Assembly: GCA_026914245.1 (NCBI GenBank)
Contig: CP110439.1
Span: 1,736,001 to 1,800,000, forward strand
DNA length: 64,000 nt
DNA from: Puccinia triticina
Taxonomy: Eukaryota
Direction: 5' to 3'
Of the stretch, positions 11,576-25,804 are shown in pieces. The first letter of the stretch is position 1, and every line of letters starts with the position of its first letter. The notes under the pieces are model-generated. The model did no database searches and was not told the origin of the DNA. It worked only from the letters and a program-made list of their open reading frames with translations. Made by a program: the position numbers and the translations under genes.

Positions 11576-13049
11576 GCAGGCTAGTTATGAAAGGATTGCT
11601 TGGCGGCTGGTCGTTACGGTCAGGCGTGCTGGTATTCATATCAGTGACCGACGTCTGACCTCACGGGGTTCGTGTCTATCATGATGCTCCAAAAATGTAT
11701 GGCCTCATAGCTGGGTCCTAGGGTTACACAGCCTGCAATGCAAGTTAAAACTTGTTTCACCTTAGCTTGAAAGTCGGGTGATTCATGGAGAAAAGAGTCC
11801 GCATAGATCAAGGAATGTTTGAATTATGTATTTGTGTGGCTATAAGTATGCTCACCTGTAACACTTGCAACTTTAGCAGATCGGAGTGGTCAACAGGTTC
11901 AACATAACATAACTAATCCTATTGGAAGGGGAAGTCCCTCAATTGGAGGGGGGACAGGACTCAGTTGTCCCCTGCGGAGGAAAGCGTTCGGGGGACGTGA
12001 AGACAGAGTGTCAACAGAACGTTGACCTGCTCCTGTGGTGTAGTTAAGCTAGGATTTCAACCATCTCTCAACTACATGCAACCTTGAAGCAGCAACACAA
12101 CTCCTGTTGACCATCCAAAGTACCTCTACCTTTTTTTGGTACCTTCGTGAATGATGCTGGATTACAGAACAATTCAACAGATGCAAGCTTGGCATTCAAC
12201 AAACAAGAATCACTATCATAATTTAAGGTTGCAATCCAAACCCAGTGTATCTGTAAGGGTCGGAAGACCCTTCACTGTTCAGAGGCTGGTGGCACGGTGG
12301 GACAAGGCACTAGGCCAGGGTACGTTCTAGATCCAACGTCCTCGGGGGCTGTATTGCAGGGGGCTAGAGTAGCACGGCAGAGAGATGTCAAAGGGGTCCG
12401 GAGGTCTCTGCCGAGCTAGGAGGGCAGGGGAGGAGCTGTACTTATGTAGAGGTTGTGTGATAGATGGGATGTCACCTTGTGAAACCCGCAAGACATGTGG
12501 GGCTTCACAGTATCCAGCTCCAACGGCAGGGATCTGTTGGATCATCATAATTTTTTTGGAAATCTGCATTCCTGTGTGCTTACCAGGGGGGAAAGCAATA
12601 GACAGAGAGATGATAGAAGGGTGATGATACATTGGAGGAAGCAAATATAATAAAGATGAATTCAAAAAAATGATTAATATCATTTGATCAATGTATGCCA
12701 TATTGATCAATGTATACCATATTAATCAATATATGCCTTCCCAAATTCATCCATGTTTGTAGTGTGTATTTATCCCCTGTGACCCCCAGGGGTTCAAAAA
12801 ATTTGGTCAAGAAGTAGGGGGGGGGGGCAAAATTTGGGTTGTGCATGATATATTTTCCCATTTATCACATAGAACAGGGTTTCCAAACTGGGCCCTGGTG
12901 ATTACTTGAGTATTCTCCTCCTACTAGGTGTTTTTTCTCTCCATACCACCTTTTTTACTGGAATTCACTTCAAAATCACCTCATAATTCCCCTTCTCATC
13001 CCTTGATATCTTCCTTAGAAAGAAGTTTCTGCAATGCCAATACTACCAC

Positions 13050-13886
13050 CGTAATGGTAACATAACAATTTTTTGACCATTATTGTTACTGTTATCTGCA
13101 ATGGACAATTTTTACGTTATAATTATCCATTTGCACTATTTTTTTGTTTAAATTACGTTATCCTGTTGGCGGGAGGGGATTTTTTGCCTGCTGTTACGTT
13201 ACTGAAGTGCAGGAACAGATTAAATTACTTGTAATATTATGGATAATGTAGTTAAAAATGAATATTATTATTGTTTTTGAGGGGAGGATCACCTTCAATG
13301 CCTTCCCAGCCTCCACAAATTCCCCAGTCAAAGGGATATCCTCGTGAAGCCACATCAGGCTACTGACACAGTGCACCATGGTTGAGGGGAGTAGGCTCCC
13401 ACAGCAACTGCTACAAACATCTGATGCTGCCAAGAATAATCTCTCAACAGCGCAGGAGCTCCCAGATAAGCACAAAGATTTGTGACTAAGGATGTGGCTG
13501 GGATTTTTTTGAGGGCAAACAGTTGCCCCTGGACCAATACAATTACTGTGTGTGCTAGAGCTTGTGGAAACTATCATTGGGTTAGGGCTGTTTCACCCTC
13601 GGGAATTGAGATAACACATTATCCAGGGGTGAAGTGCTATATAAGCATATTATCCAGGAGTGGGGCACCGTACAGCATCTGCTTCACGGCAATAACACAC
13701 TATCCTGGAAAATTATCATTACATTATCTGTTTCAGGATGCAAAAAAAACACGCACACAATTATGTTACGGGCGCGTCAGGAAATCACAAATTACGGATA
13801 GCAGTAACGTAGCTGGGCGGCAACTGAAACCATTACATTACTGAGATAACGTGGATAACGTAGGGTAATGTAATTACCCAGTGTTG
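13050..13886. mobile_element. Degenerate CAAC-type MITE with 7-bp TSD, left TIR eroded
   Basis: Right end AATTACCCAGTGTTG. CTACCAC at 13043-13049 and 13887-13893. GTAAC/GTTAC-rich like the 6566 MITE. Confidence 0.5.
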
Positions 13887-14704
13887 CTACCACCTCCAAC
13901 AGTAGCCAATCAGCTCAACTTCTTTCCAGAAGATTCCATTAACAATTTATATTTTCCAATTTCAACTTTCTCCAAAAGAAACAAACCCAAGTGGTAGCAT
14001 AAAGTCACTTTTTAAGTCTTCTCTAGTTGATTGTATTGTATATAAATCCAATCAATACATAGGAGTTTCAGTTTACTCCCCTCCGTGCTAGCTTAGACAC
14101 AGGATGCCTCCTGCATCTAAAGTTCTTTCCTTGTTAACCTTCACTGTCAGCCCAGTGAAAATACTTGGATTTTTATAATAATCAGACCAAAATTTCATAC
14201 AGAAAGCTGACAGTAGGAATTTAATCACCGGATGATTTGCTGATGTTATTAGAGAATGAAGGAAGTGCATTATGCAAATCTTGAGACCCTGGCACCCTCT
14301 GCAACATGGAGACTGTCCATTTGATCAACCAATATAAGGAAGATTTGGTAAGACTAGAGACCAAGGTGGCCTTGTTACAGTAGTTACAATGTTTGATCTA
14401 ACCAGCAGCTTTTCAATTGCAAATTTGCTTCTGCCAGCCAGCCCATTGAGAACCAGTGGTGGGTGTCATCCCTTTTGACCATTTGACCCCCATTCTGTTT
14501 GCAGCTTTGAATCAGCTTCAGGTAGCCCATTAGGGCTAGAGTAGCAACAATAAACTCAGTAACTAAAATAAAATACTGGAAACTCATGGGGATGGTCCAC
14601 AATCAGAAAAACTGTACAACATGAATTTACAAGTGGTATAGAAGCCAAAAGAGAAAGTGTCAAAAATGTCTTCTACATCACGTCTTGCTCATGCGAGCTT
14701 TGAT

Positions 14705-15085
14705 TGTGAAGCGGGGCTCTTCAGGTGACAGAGGCTCAGCGGGAGGGGCGCGCGCACAGACGAGGAAAACTAGCTAAGTCTAGGATTCCGACTAAAAAAA
14801 GGAACTGGGGGAAAAACCCCTACAACTGACGAGAGGCCACTTTATATAGTGGCCTCGAGAATGAAACAACAACACGTGACTACCCTGAGTACAGGGGTAC
14901 AAACAAGCGTCTACAGCCGTACAGGACAAACCCCTGCGGCTGTAGCAAGAAGAAAGGAAAGGAGGCGCTTTAGCCTAACTCCGGCACTAGTCCGAACTAG
15001 GCGAGGAAGGCGGGTGCCTCCTGTATCTCGCCTCCAGAACGGGGGGTACCCGTCTGGTATCTGTAGCCCGGCTACAATTGCTACA
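14705..15085 (-). mobile_element. Possible solo LTR
   Basis: TG...CA bounded, with a TATATAAA box on the minus strand inside a GAGGCCACT hairpin. No TSD found. Confidence 0.3.
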
Positions 15086-15521
15086 TATTTATGCCATGAT
15101 GGTGAGACTGGGCTGCTGGCCAGGCCCGCTCACCGCGAGTGGCTTAGTTAAGCTCGAGCTCCATTGGAGGTGCTCTGGAATTGCTGGGAAAGCACGGTGG
15201 AATCTATTAGTATTAAGGTTTTCATGAAAGTGGAATCATTACAATCGAATGAAAGTATATTAAGGTACAACAGAATGTTTGTATCAATCAAATTTTTAGG
15301 GCCTATTACACATGTGTTTCTCGTTTCCTTTCGTTCTTGTCTGCTCTTCCTGATTGCTGTTTTTTTTTCTTCTTATTATCATTATTAAAGCATGCTTCTT
15401 ACTTCCAGATTTGCGTGGATGAGAATCTTTAGAGCCCTTTTTTTGGTTTGATTGTCTTGATCGATTGTTGCTTGACTTTTATTCAGACCAGTATAGTGGG
15501 TTCTCGGTTAGATTTAAAGCA

Positions 15522-17564
15522 TTAGGAAGGTGGTAGGATAGCTTGTTTAATTTGTCTTTCGGGGTACCTGTAGAAACGAGCAGAAGAGCATACCGCTCCC
15601 GTATGAGCTTCATGCTGGCCTATTTGCAGGAAGACGAAGAAGAACAGAAATGGCAGCAAATGGGAAGAATACTTATCTTGTTGAATCTTTCGACCGTTTC
15701 AGGTTCGTATAAGCAATCAGTTTCCAACTGATTACCCAGCGTGATCCTAGATGAATGTGGTATATTCAAGCAAAAGTATCAGCTCTATCCTGTTCTTCTT
15801 TTCCTTCTTTGAGTTTGTCCGTTTTTTAACAGTCTTATGAAAGTTTGCATGAACGTACCATCCTGGTCTAAAATTGTAAGACCTTCCAAAGAGTTCCAGT
15901 TTCCTTCCTCCGGGACAAGCCCGTTCAATCATTTCATATATCTATTCATCCATCATGAGTCATGTGTTGTTTGCAATCAGCTAAAAAAGATACCCAAGAC
16001 CAATTCTTCCTTTATTTTGTAGAGCAATAGCCCGATGACCCACCTCATCTGGCTTACGGGATGTTTCTCTGACCTGGTTATCGTGGTTGAGATGAAACAA
16101 TCAGCAAAAAGATTGATATATGAACTTTTTGACTCTGTTTATAGGATTTCTTACCTCGGCCACAATCACATCCGTGTCGATTCCACTCTTGACCCAACTC
16201 AGAGCCTCTCGAATCTCTTCCTTTGTCATTGATCCTTCTCCAACTTTATCAGCAGGTCGTTTGAATCCAACAAGGCAGTGTTCTTTGCTGTGATCTGGTA
16301 TAATTTAATCACAACTTATGTTAGAATGAGTTCATGATTTTGGGAGAAATATACGGAGGGAACTAACTTAAGTAATGCCCAGTCCGGCCGGTCCTGATCA
16401 ATCGTTGTAACTGATTGGTTTTAACCCAGACGATCTCTTCGATCCGTTCATACCTATCACAACATCATCGCAACGTCAACAAGACAGCACATTTCTCGTT
16501 TACTGATGAGGGTCCGATCGAAGCTTACCCCCATGTCCTCATACAGTCCCGGCCCAATTCGAGTGCTCTACCCGTGACCCAGACAAAGATTAAACCACCA
16601 GATTCTTGCAGAGATGGGACCGGCATTTTCAACATCTCATCATCCGTCATAGTGCCTTTTGAATAACGCCAATCAGTTTCTACATTTTGGTAATCGCATT
16701 CAAAACAGAAAATTATCCGCACTAACCGTAGGGTAAACTCATGTGAATATCTGAATGAGAGCACAACGTAAATATATCTCAAACCTAGCTTTCATTCACG
16801 GGTTTGGAAAAGGGTGAGGTTTAGGGGAAGCAAAAACCGGTTCGTACCCCAGGGTGGATCCATCATGAGGACATTAAATTTGCCCAGAATGCCTACATCC
16901 AAGTGCCTCAGATCGCAATTGACCCATTGAGGCGGGAAAAGTTTCTATTTCGACAGTGTTATGGAGCATGGTGGGAAAAAAGAGGTCAAATCCAACGGAA
17001 AAGTTGAATTGAAATTCAATTTTAGTAAAAGTATCAGCTAGTTTTGAGTTCGAGGAATCAAGAGGAATCTGTTTTCTCGACTCACCGAACTTGAAGCCGC
17101 TTGACTTTGAATCAAAGCATCCTTGTCAGGAGGTGGTGGGGGAATCGGGAAAGCTAATGGATCCTCGACCATCCAGTGTAAATAACGGCAAGTATCCATC
17201 CTGTGACAAGCTGTACAACAACAAACAAAATCAAAACAAATTCTCACGTGGAGCTCTTCCTGTCCATAGATCACACATTAAGACAATGTGTAGTTGACAA
17301 CTCACTGTTCAGATAACTGCAATCCCCCAGCGACAGATCCGTGTGGGGTTGAATGTCCGGCTTGTAATGGACCTAGAGGTTAAGCGAACCGGAGGAGCAG
17401 TCAGATAGTTAGCACGAGCTTGATGGACTGATTTAAAACAAGCAAACACGTACCTTCGTGCAACCTGCTTGCGACTGCTGTCGACAATGCTTTCGCGAAG
17501 TATATGGGCAGAGATCGACATAATTAGGATCGGCAGCCTGATGAGCTTGAGTGGGAACGGCCAT
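15522..17564 (-). CDS. IME4: mRNA m6A methyltransferase catalytic subunit (MT-A70, IME4/METTL3), many exons; 5' end may extend to ~18056
   Basis: Spliced motifs: CCCH fingers (LCPYTSRKHC; TDLSLGDCSYLN..CHRMDTCRYLH), MDPPW, [82 protein letters not shown]. Confidence 0.95.
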
Positions 17565-18841
17565 CGGTGTCGATCAGTACGTGTGTATTTGCGATTCGAA
17601 TCTCTATTCGGCCTTGGGAGCTCGATCGGTTATTCTTCAGTCTCTGGCTTTTGGGTGTCAAGAGGTTCTCGTCCTTATCTGCTCGTGTGTTCGATTGTAG
17701 TATCCTTTGAGTTTCGTTCTTCGTCGGGAAACATGTGTGATCAATCAGATGCTGGCAGTAGAGAGGGAAGTTTAAATGTGGTGTATGCGTCATTGAGCGA
17801 TGTCTTGGCTGTAGGAGAGACTGTATGTATCAGTTTAGTCATACCACTACACAGCAACACCACTCCCAGCCTGGCAACCTGACCACTGACAACCAATGGC
17901 TCAACAAATTCAAATAAATATCCCCGGTACACAACCAGAGCTCGCAGAGGGCCAAGACACAAACGATACGGCGTAAGGATGAACTGAGCGCACACATGCA
18001 CTCGGGACCTTGATAGCAACAGAATCAGGCAGAGCAACCCGATTGCTTGAACTCATTGAACTTTCCACCGAGCTCGAGCGTCTTGATGAGCCATTACGGA
18101 TGTCATTGGGGTGATTAATCAGTTAAAGTGGAACCATTCAAATGCTTGCTTCCTAACAAGAGACAGATTGTCGGTTCACATAGTTATTTATGTAACTGGC
18201 CTGCTCACAATGACAGGGTTGTCTTGGCTCCCTGGCAGGCTGGAGGTCTCAAAAATTACTTCCATGCCTACTCCTGTGCATCTTATCAAAAAATTAAAAT
18301 TTTGCTCATAAGGGCCTTGAATTTAGCTCCAAAATTTTGTAAACTTCAATCATGAACCCACCTGTTGAGCGGCATGAAAAACTCTAGCCAAAAGCAGATT
18401 GATTATGTGAACAGTTTGGACAGAATTATCTTCTCGCCTTCGAGAATTGCTCATGATAGTCCCATACGTGGCCCTACTGAATTGGTCCGCACTATTGCAT
18501 TTGGGAGTTGAGAGTAAGTATGGGATTCATATACAATGGTTAGTGCCAGCTTGCTCCCCCCGTTTTTTCATGTGGCTCAAAAGAACCATACGATGTTCTT
18601 GAATGGATTGTTGAATGCAACGATTACCCAGAGAAATATAAAAGCGATCTAATGAAGAAATTACACACACTTGAGTATAGGCATATATACATAATTTATC
18701 GTTAAACAGAAAGATAAAAATAAGAAAAACACCCAGAACAAAATAGGAGAAAAGCAGAAAGATGGAGCATAGAAAAGTGACGAGTTGTAGTTGTTTAATT
18801 AAGGATGACGTGATACAGGTATCGGGTGGTTTGATTTTTTA

Positions 18842-20753
18842 TTACACTTTGAGACATTTGATTCTTCTTCCAAGACCGATAGCCACCCAATCCCTATTTG
18901 CCTCCGACCATGTTAGCGCGTTAACTTCCTGAGGTGCAGTGTACGCCAAGATCGGATCCCTGATTGTTTTTGTGTGAGGGGTTGTTGTTCGCGTGTTTGG
19001 TTGCGGTGGGGGTGGCCCTCCGCCTAGTGATGGAACACCCGAAAGGTCCCAAATCAGTACTTGGCAGTCATCACCTACAGAGAAAGAAAAGTCAGTTACT
19101 TGATGTGGACGTATTTGAAAGCAGATGCATATCTGGTAGAAGCATGTGATAGTTTCTAGCTACGGAGGGGAACAAACCACATGTGCCAAGAACATTTCCA
19201 TCCCCGCTCCAGGCTATTCCATTCACCGTCGCCTGGTGGGCCCTAAGCTCGACGATCGGAACCCCGGGTGCCCGGACGTCAAGCAGTTGAACATCAGTAC
19301 CGACGGCCGAGCAGACTGCAATGTAATTGGGATCGACTGGGTTGAATTTCAGTCGGAGGAGAGGTGCGGCTGCGCCAGGTCCGGCGGGCGAGATCGGCGT
19401 TGGGGCCACCCCGTTCCGGCCAGCCTGGAACGGGCCGCCTTGGGCTTCGTAGAGGATCGTTGAGTGGTCCAAGCTCCGTAGGTCGAACATCCGCACACTC
19501 CCGTCCGCACCGACCGAGGCAAAGATCTCCCGAGAAGCACTCGACCAACATACGTCATACACCTCTCGATCGTGGGCAATCAGTTGGGTGATCGCCGAAT
19601 TCGAGGAGATGTCCCAGACCGTACATGTGGTGTCGATGGAGGATGTCACGATTAATGAGGGATCAAGTTGCGACCATGAGAATGAGGTTAGTGGAGCGGA
19701 ATAATCGGCCTTGCTCTGTTGAACAAATAGGAGGTAATTTTCAAAAAAAGGGGGCGCGGGCCGTGGGAAGAATAGATAGTTTTGGATCAGTCAGTCAAAC
19801 TTTGATTAGAGATGGGTTGAGGCACAGAAATAATTAGCAAGACAGCTATGGGAAAAGGATTTCTAGTCATTCAAGCTTTTGGCGTAAAGACAGATACATT
19901 TGCACCTCAATAACATGCCTTCCAACATATTTGAATGGTATTATTTTGATGACATTGCAAAATGTTCCAACGGCATTGTCACTTATTCTTCACATCATAA
20001 ATATTTTGCTGGCAGAATTATAAATGTGCCTTGATGATTTATTTCTAGATTCCATTTTGAATTGTTTTGTATTTAAGAATGTAATTATTTCAATAAATAG
20101 CGTGAAACTCACGTTGGCCATCTGACTCCGAGGTACCAACTGGTATGAGGTTCCCTTTTGACTTAATCCCAGCCTACGACTCTCCGTGACAAAGCCCGAT
20201 GTACGATCGTCCTCAGCGACTCCTTGGGCGAAATCCCAGAGACGAATGCATTCCGAACTGGTTGCCAACATTTCGCGTGTCCGGACCATCTGACCGGAGC
20301 TGCTACTAGCTTGAAGACTCTCACTCAATCGGGTGGGTGAAAAGGCCAGCGCTGTAGGAGGATAGGGATGGGGTGCGGTGGCCAGAGGATGGAATTGAGG
20401 ATGTGTCGAGTTGGTGAATGAGTTCATGGGGTCGTCATATGGATCGTATGTGTTCATACTGCTGCTGTTGAGCCCGATGATCGTCACATTATTACTAGAA
20501 TACGATTCCATCGCCGTCCCAACGGCAAGTTTCAGGTCAGGTAACTGATTCGCATGTGATTTGGAATTAGAGGAAGACCCCAACGGTGAAAATGCAAGGG
20601 CGAATGTGGAACCTGAAAGGAATCACAAGCAGTGGATCAGAATAGGCAATCAAACTATTGATTTTCTTTGAGAGCATGCAGAGTTACATGGAAGAAGATA
20701 TGCCAGTGGTAGGACTTACTGGGTGACTCATAGTCGATTACTTCCGGACCCAT
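18842..20753 (-). CDS. DCAF7: WD40 protein, DCAF7/WDR68/AN11 family
   Basis: [84 protein letters not shown]-terminus IKCLKV*. Confidence 0.92.
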
Positions 20754-23700
20754 TGAGAGAACTGGTTAGATTCTTGATCGCACTTGTTTTTAACTTTTCT
20801 TTTTCTTCTTTTGGCGATCACCAATCTCGCTCTTCTTGAGGACTGTTCGGTGGAGTTCTAGTCGGAGTTGAGTCTCGGTGATCAAGCCTGAGCTGGGTGA
20901 TATGGGACTGAAGTAGAGTTTGGACGGGCGCATGTAAACTCAGTGATGTTATGTTGCCTGTCACACAACCGTCTTGTTGTGAAAGATAATGTGAGACCGG
21001 ATGTGGCCGGGCAGAATGATCAGATGCTCCTCCAAATAAAGTGCCACATGGAATCATGCACAGCCTGGAAGCTCGTACAAGCATTAACAGAACACATGTG
21101 ATGGATTGGCCTCATAATTGCTTTGGCCGCCCCTAAAGCCCAACAGCCATGCATCTAAAAGCTTGGCTACCAAGCTGACTCCTGAAAATCATTAAGACTG
21201 CCTTTCAAGAAGCGCATGTATGAAGTGGAGAGAACCAACAATCAGAAGTTTGAGCTAAGAATTTGTAAGATTGGATAAACATAATTGAAATGACACATAT
21301 CATCACTGATTATATATGCTGGAATATATACATGCGGAGAATAATTGTTTGGACCCGGGTACCGGTTAGCATCCGGGTACCGGATCTTTCTTTTGCCCAA
21401 AAACAAGTACCTATTGGTCAAACTTACTGCGGGGGGTTGCAACCAATACAACTCCCATTGCAGTTTTTCTTCATAAGAGATGAGCAGCACATTCTTTTAT
21501 GGTCTATTCTGAGGAGAGAAAGATGGAGTCTGGGGTTTCTGGATGCTAATTAGATGGTTTATTGCAGGATTAAGAAGCTGCCTGGATCCAAAACCTGTTG
21601 AGCTATGAGCATTCAGGCTGTGAAAGGTATCTGAAAGGCTATGTACATGTACAGTCCCCCTCTACAGCTCATAAAAGTATCCCCCCCTTTACTAGAATTG
21701 ATCTGGAGCACCAAAAACTAGATTTCTCTGTGACAATCCAGACTTTTTGGGTCTATGTATATCCACAACTGTGAAGGTGCCAGATGTGACAGGAAGTCAT
21801 CAATTAGCCCCAAGTCCTTCCTGAGGAGGCTTGCTCAGCAAGTGGTGATTTGTACCAGCCCAGGCTGTACCAGGATCCTCCAATATGAGGGACTTGTGTT
21901 AAGTTAGCTCTTGGTACCCCTCTGACTATACAGCAGTACCTGCATGAAGTGCAATGGTGCATGAAACCTTCTGGATAGTCAATTAGTGCATCTTGGCAGT
22001 ACTTGCTGCTCCAAAAGTCCCCTTGACTGGTTCCCCACCAAAATTCACACACCAAGTCCTTCAAGATTAGTCATCAAGCCCACATGCTGTGCAGCCTTGC
22101 GCAACCACACCCAGCCTCTGTTAATTCCAGGGGGGGGGGGGGTTAAACTTAAACCCCCATCTAGAACTAGAAACTTTTGTCAGGCTCAAGATTCTAACCC
22201 CTTTGTCACAAGTGAGGGTCCTCACATTTCCTTCAATAGTCTCAAATTCAAACACTAAATCTCATGCAGCAGCTGGAGGTGTATAATCTTTTTGTGTTGA
22301 AAAGTATCCGCTGGAAGGTGTGGGTGGGTGTTTCTGATGGTATTGAAATATTAAAGTGACATTGGTTGAATATATCATTTCATGCATCATTGTTTCACTA
22401 CTCAATTTGTACTGAAAAATAGTGTTTTATTGCCAGTGACATACAGTAAATATTTTTTTTGACATGTATCTTTTTATGTTTTTGTGTGATCACTTTTGTA
22501 TTACTTCCACTTTGGTTGGCACAAGTTTAGTATTAAGATCAATTTCTCATGATGGATTTGAAACACCACATGAAAGGGGGACCAGCATACAAAAGATGAG
22601 TCTTCACAACATGACACCGCTTGTTTAGCAGATCAAAAACTGTAATCAAAGTTTATTTTAGGACCAGAATACATACCATAAATTAATACTACTTTTGCTG
22701 TTGTTGGAGTGAGTGGGATCTCCCCAACTTAATGCAAGTATCTCCAAGGGAAATGTGTTAAATATTGATAATTCTTGTTCACTTGGTCAAACTGATGTTT
22801 CAAGCAACATAAATTCTTCATTCTTAAAAAACAAGCCAACTATGCATACCTTCATATCAAACTATAAACATGCTGAAGACAATCACAATAGTCATTTGTA
22901 TGCTTTTGGATCAGCCATACCTTAGCTACTAGGCCCACTGGGATTTACACACCTTCTCCAGAATCCCCTGAGTCTGCAGCTGCACCATGAGGTCACTATG
23001 GCCCCAGAGCCTTCTCCCCGTGGCAAAGATCCACTCAGTTTGGAATCAAATGATTTGTTGTAGGGGATTATCTGCCTGGATCAGCTTCCAATTCCTGGAG
23101 CTCCGTTAAAACTTTTGATGAACCTCTGGACAAGAAATGTGTGCAGGTGGCTGATAAGAGCAATCTAGGATCTGCCTTGGTGTTAGTTGTGATTGCTAGT
23201 TTTGTCTGGGGCATCCATTTAAATTTTAAGTGGCCAAGCCAGCTAACCAGTTGGTTTTCTTTTGATACATAGCAAGTAAGTCTGCAAAGTGAAATTCTTT
23301 TAAAGTTTGATTTGTATTTCTGATTCCATATCCACCTTGTCTCCATTGCCATCATATACAGGCTATAGTGTGATGCAATTCTGCTAAGTTTTAGTGTAGC
23401 ATTAGCCTAATTCTGCGGGATCTGCACTGATGCTAGGTGCACAGGGCACTGGATAGCTCCTGCTACGCTGTGTTCCAGCACTTTCTAGCGGGGGTTTTTT
23501 GGCCCTTTTTGCCGCTCAAAGTGCTGTAGCGTAGAAAGAAAAGACACTGTTGGTGCTGCTGCGCTATCAAGATGCTGTCCCTCAGCTGTTTTATTCTTTG
23601 GAGGTGTTTTTTTTTTCATTCTGGGTTGAGATGAAGCAGGTGGGTTATCTTTCTGATAGAAGTGGGAGAGCAGGTCTTGCTGCGGTTTCTGGTGTTGAGT

Positions 23701-23973
23701 TGGAGCGCAGGCCGAGGTGGCTGTGAGTGCAAGGTTCAGGGGGCATCGAGGGTGTCGGCCCGACGTCGGAGGCTCGAGGCGGAGCCAGGAGGGGGGCTGA
23801 GCTGAGACGCAGTGACTTGGGGGAGACTCAGCTGACTTGGCAGCACCTTCGACTCTCCCCCAACTGCATCCCTTTCTCCTGCAAGCCGGCCTTCTCTCCT
23901 TCTTTTGCCTGGCAATCATCTGAACAAATAGATAAATACATCCATCCATAGCAATATCAGTACCCATATTTAG

Positions 23974-25709
23974 ATGGAGCTCTTCTCGCTGCTGAGTGGC
24001 TGTCCAGGGATCAGTGGCGGGGTGCTTGATGGTGATGCGGATGCGCCGCCGCCAGCAGCAGCAGCAGCGGGCACAGCACCCTCCGACATCCCCGTCAACC
24101 CAGCCACCATCCCCCTCGACCCCTCCCTCTTCACCCCCACCCCCACCAAACCACCACCACCACCACCACCCCCACGCCCCCCCACGCCCACCCCACCCCC
24201 AGAACAGCCCGACAGCCTCGAACACTCGCTCACCCCGTTCCGCGTCGGAAAGAACTGGGCCTGCCGGATCTGCGGCCGCCAGTTCACCCGCCGGTTCAAC
24301 TGCTCCACCCACGAACGCACCCATCTCGACCTCAAGGAGCGCGCCCAGTTCCAGTGCCGCCTCTGCGAGCGTGCATTCACCCGCAGACACGACCTCGAGC
24401 GCCACGTCCATTCCGTCCATCCCGGACACACCGTCCAGCGCCACTCCGACCGCCACGACCCGCTCATCCTCGCCCACCCCTCAGACACCGACGAGCCCAA
24501 CAACAGCAACTCCCTCGACCGAGCTCAGCTCTCCATCGCACATCCCAATGACTCCAGAAACGAGGTCCGGATCCTCAGTCAGTCCCACCATCCTCAAAGC
24601 ACACAAAAAAACACACACACACACACACTTGACTGACATTCTCTCCCACCCAGTGCTCGAGCAGCCGCCGCCGGAACTGGCCAAGCCGGCCCCGACCGAC
24701 CAGCTGATGCTCGCCCTATCGACGCCGACATCGACGCCATCAACGACGGCTCTAGCGCCGACGGGCACAGTGACAGCCACAGCCATCCTCGCCTCAGGCT
24801 CGATCCGCGGCGTCTCCCAGGCCATCGAACGGGTCCCGCTCCAGCAGATCTCCGCCTACAACCCCGCCCGCGAACCCATCTTCAAGGTCGACAAGAAGTG
24901 GGCCTGTGGGACGTGCGGCCGGGTCTTTGTGCGCAGGAATAACTGCAAAGCACACGAGGCTACCCATCGCGACATCCGCGAAGTGGGTGTTTCATATTCC
25001 TGCCGTTGAAGGCTCTCTGTTGACGAATCTATGGTCCTTCCCCCCGGTTTGTAGCACCAATGCCCGACATGCGCCCGCTCCTTCTCGCGCAAACACGACC
25101 TCGAGCGCCACATGTCGGCCGTCCATCCGGGCGTCGAGTTAGTCTCCGATGGGGGCTCGTCGCCGGCAGACTCGGGCCGACGCAAGCGTAAGCGTCGGCG
25201 TTCCTTCCCGTGCCAGCAGAGAGGAAGAGGGCTGACGTGTGTGTGTGTGTGTAGGGAGGAAGCACGAAGGGCCGGACGAGTGGACGGCGATCGACCCGTT
25301 CATTCTTGGGCTCGCGGGCGCCGCTGCGTCTGCGGCCGGGTCTGTGGACAGTCCGTCGCCCCGGGTTGGAGCTTGGGAGCCGCCTCGCAGGGCAGCGGAG
25401 GAGGAGGAGGAGGAGGAGGAGGAGGAGGAAGCGGAGCCTCGGCTGGCGGCTGTGGCCCGCGTGGCCCCGAGATCGCCGGCGCCTCCGCAGCAGTCCATCG
25501 GCCACTTCAACATCTTCGAGACCTTCGGCCCCGCCGTGCCCCCCTCTCCTCCTTCCACCACCGCCGTCGCCACCACTTCTTCTGCTGCTGCTGCTGATGT
25601 GTCTGCCCACTCGGCCGTCGGGCTGGACCATCATCAGGGCCCCGACGTCACTCTGCTCGCGACGGACGAGCCTGGAGATATCCAGCTCGATCCTCGCTTG
25701 CTTGGCTGA
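23974..25709 (+). CDS. C2H2 zinc-finger transcription factor with two finger pairs, 4 exons
   Basis: CRICGRQF..H..TH / CRLCERAFTRRHDLERHVHSVH and CGTCGRVF..HEATH / CPTCARSFSRKHDLERHMSAVH. In-frame GT-AG introns at ~24578-24653, ~24983-25054 and ~25187-25253. Confidence 0.9.
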
Positions 25710-25804
25710 TCTTTCTCTCTTTGCTGCTGCTTATTCTGTTGTATCGCCCCCTCCGATTTGGGGTTTCTTTTTTCTCTCTTATATACACATACACTGGGTA
25801 CTCA

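Noticed and set aside
23485..25634. Long antisense and alternative-frame ORFs over the C2H2 gene
   Set aside because: GC-rich codon shadows of the real gene.
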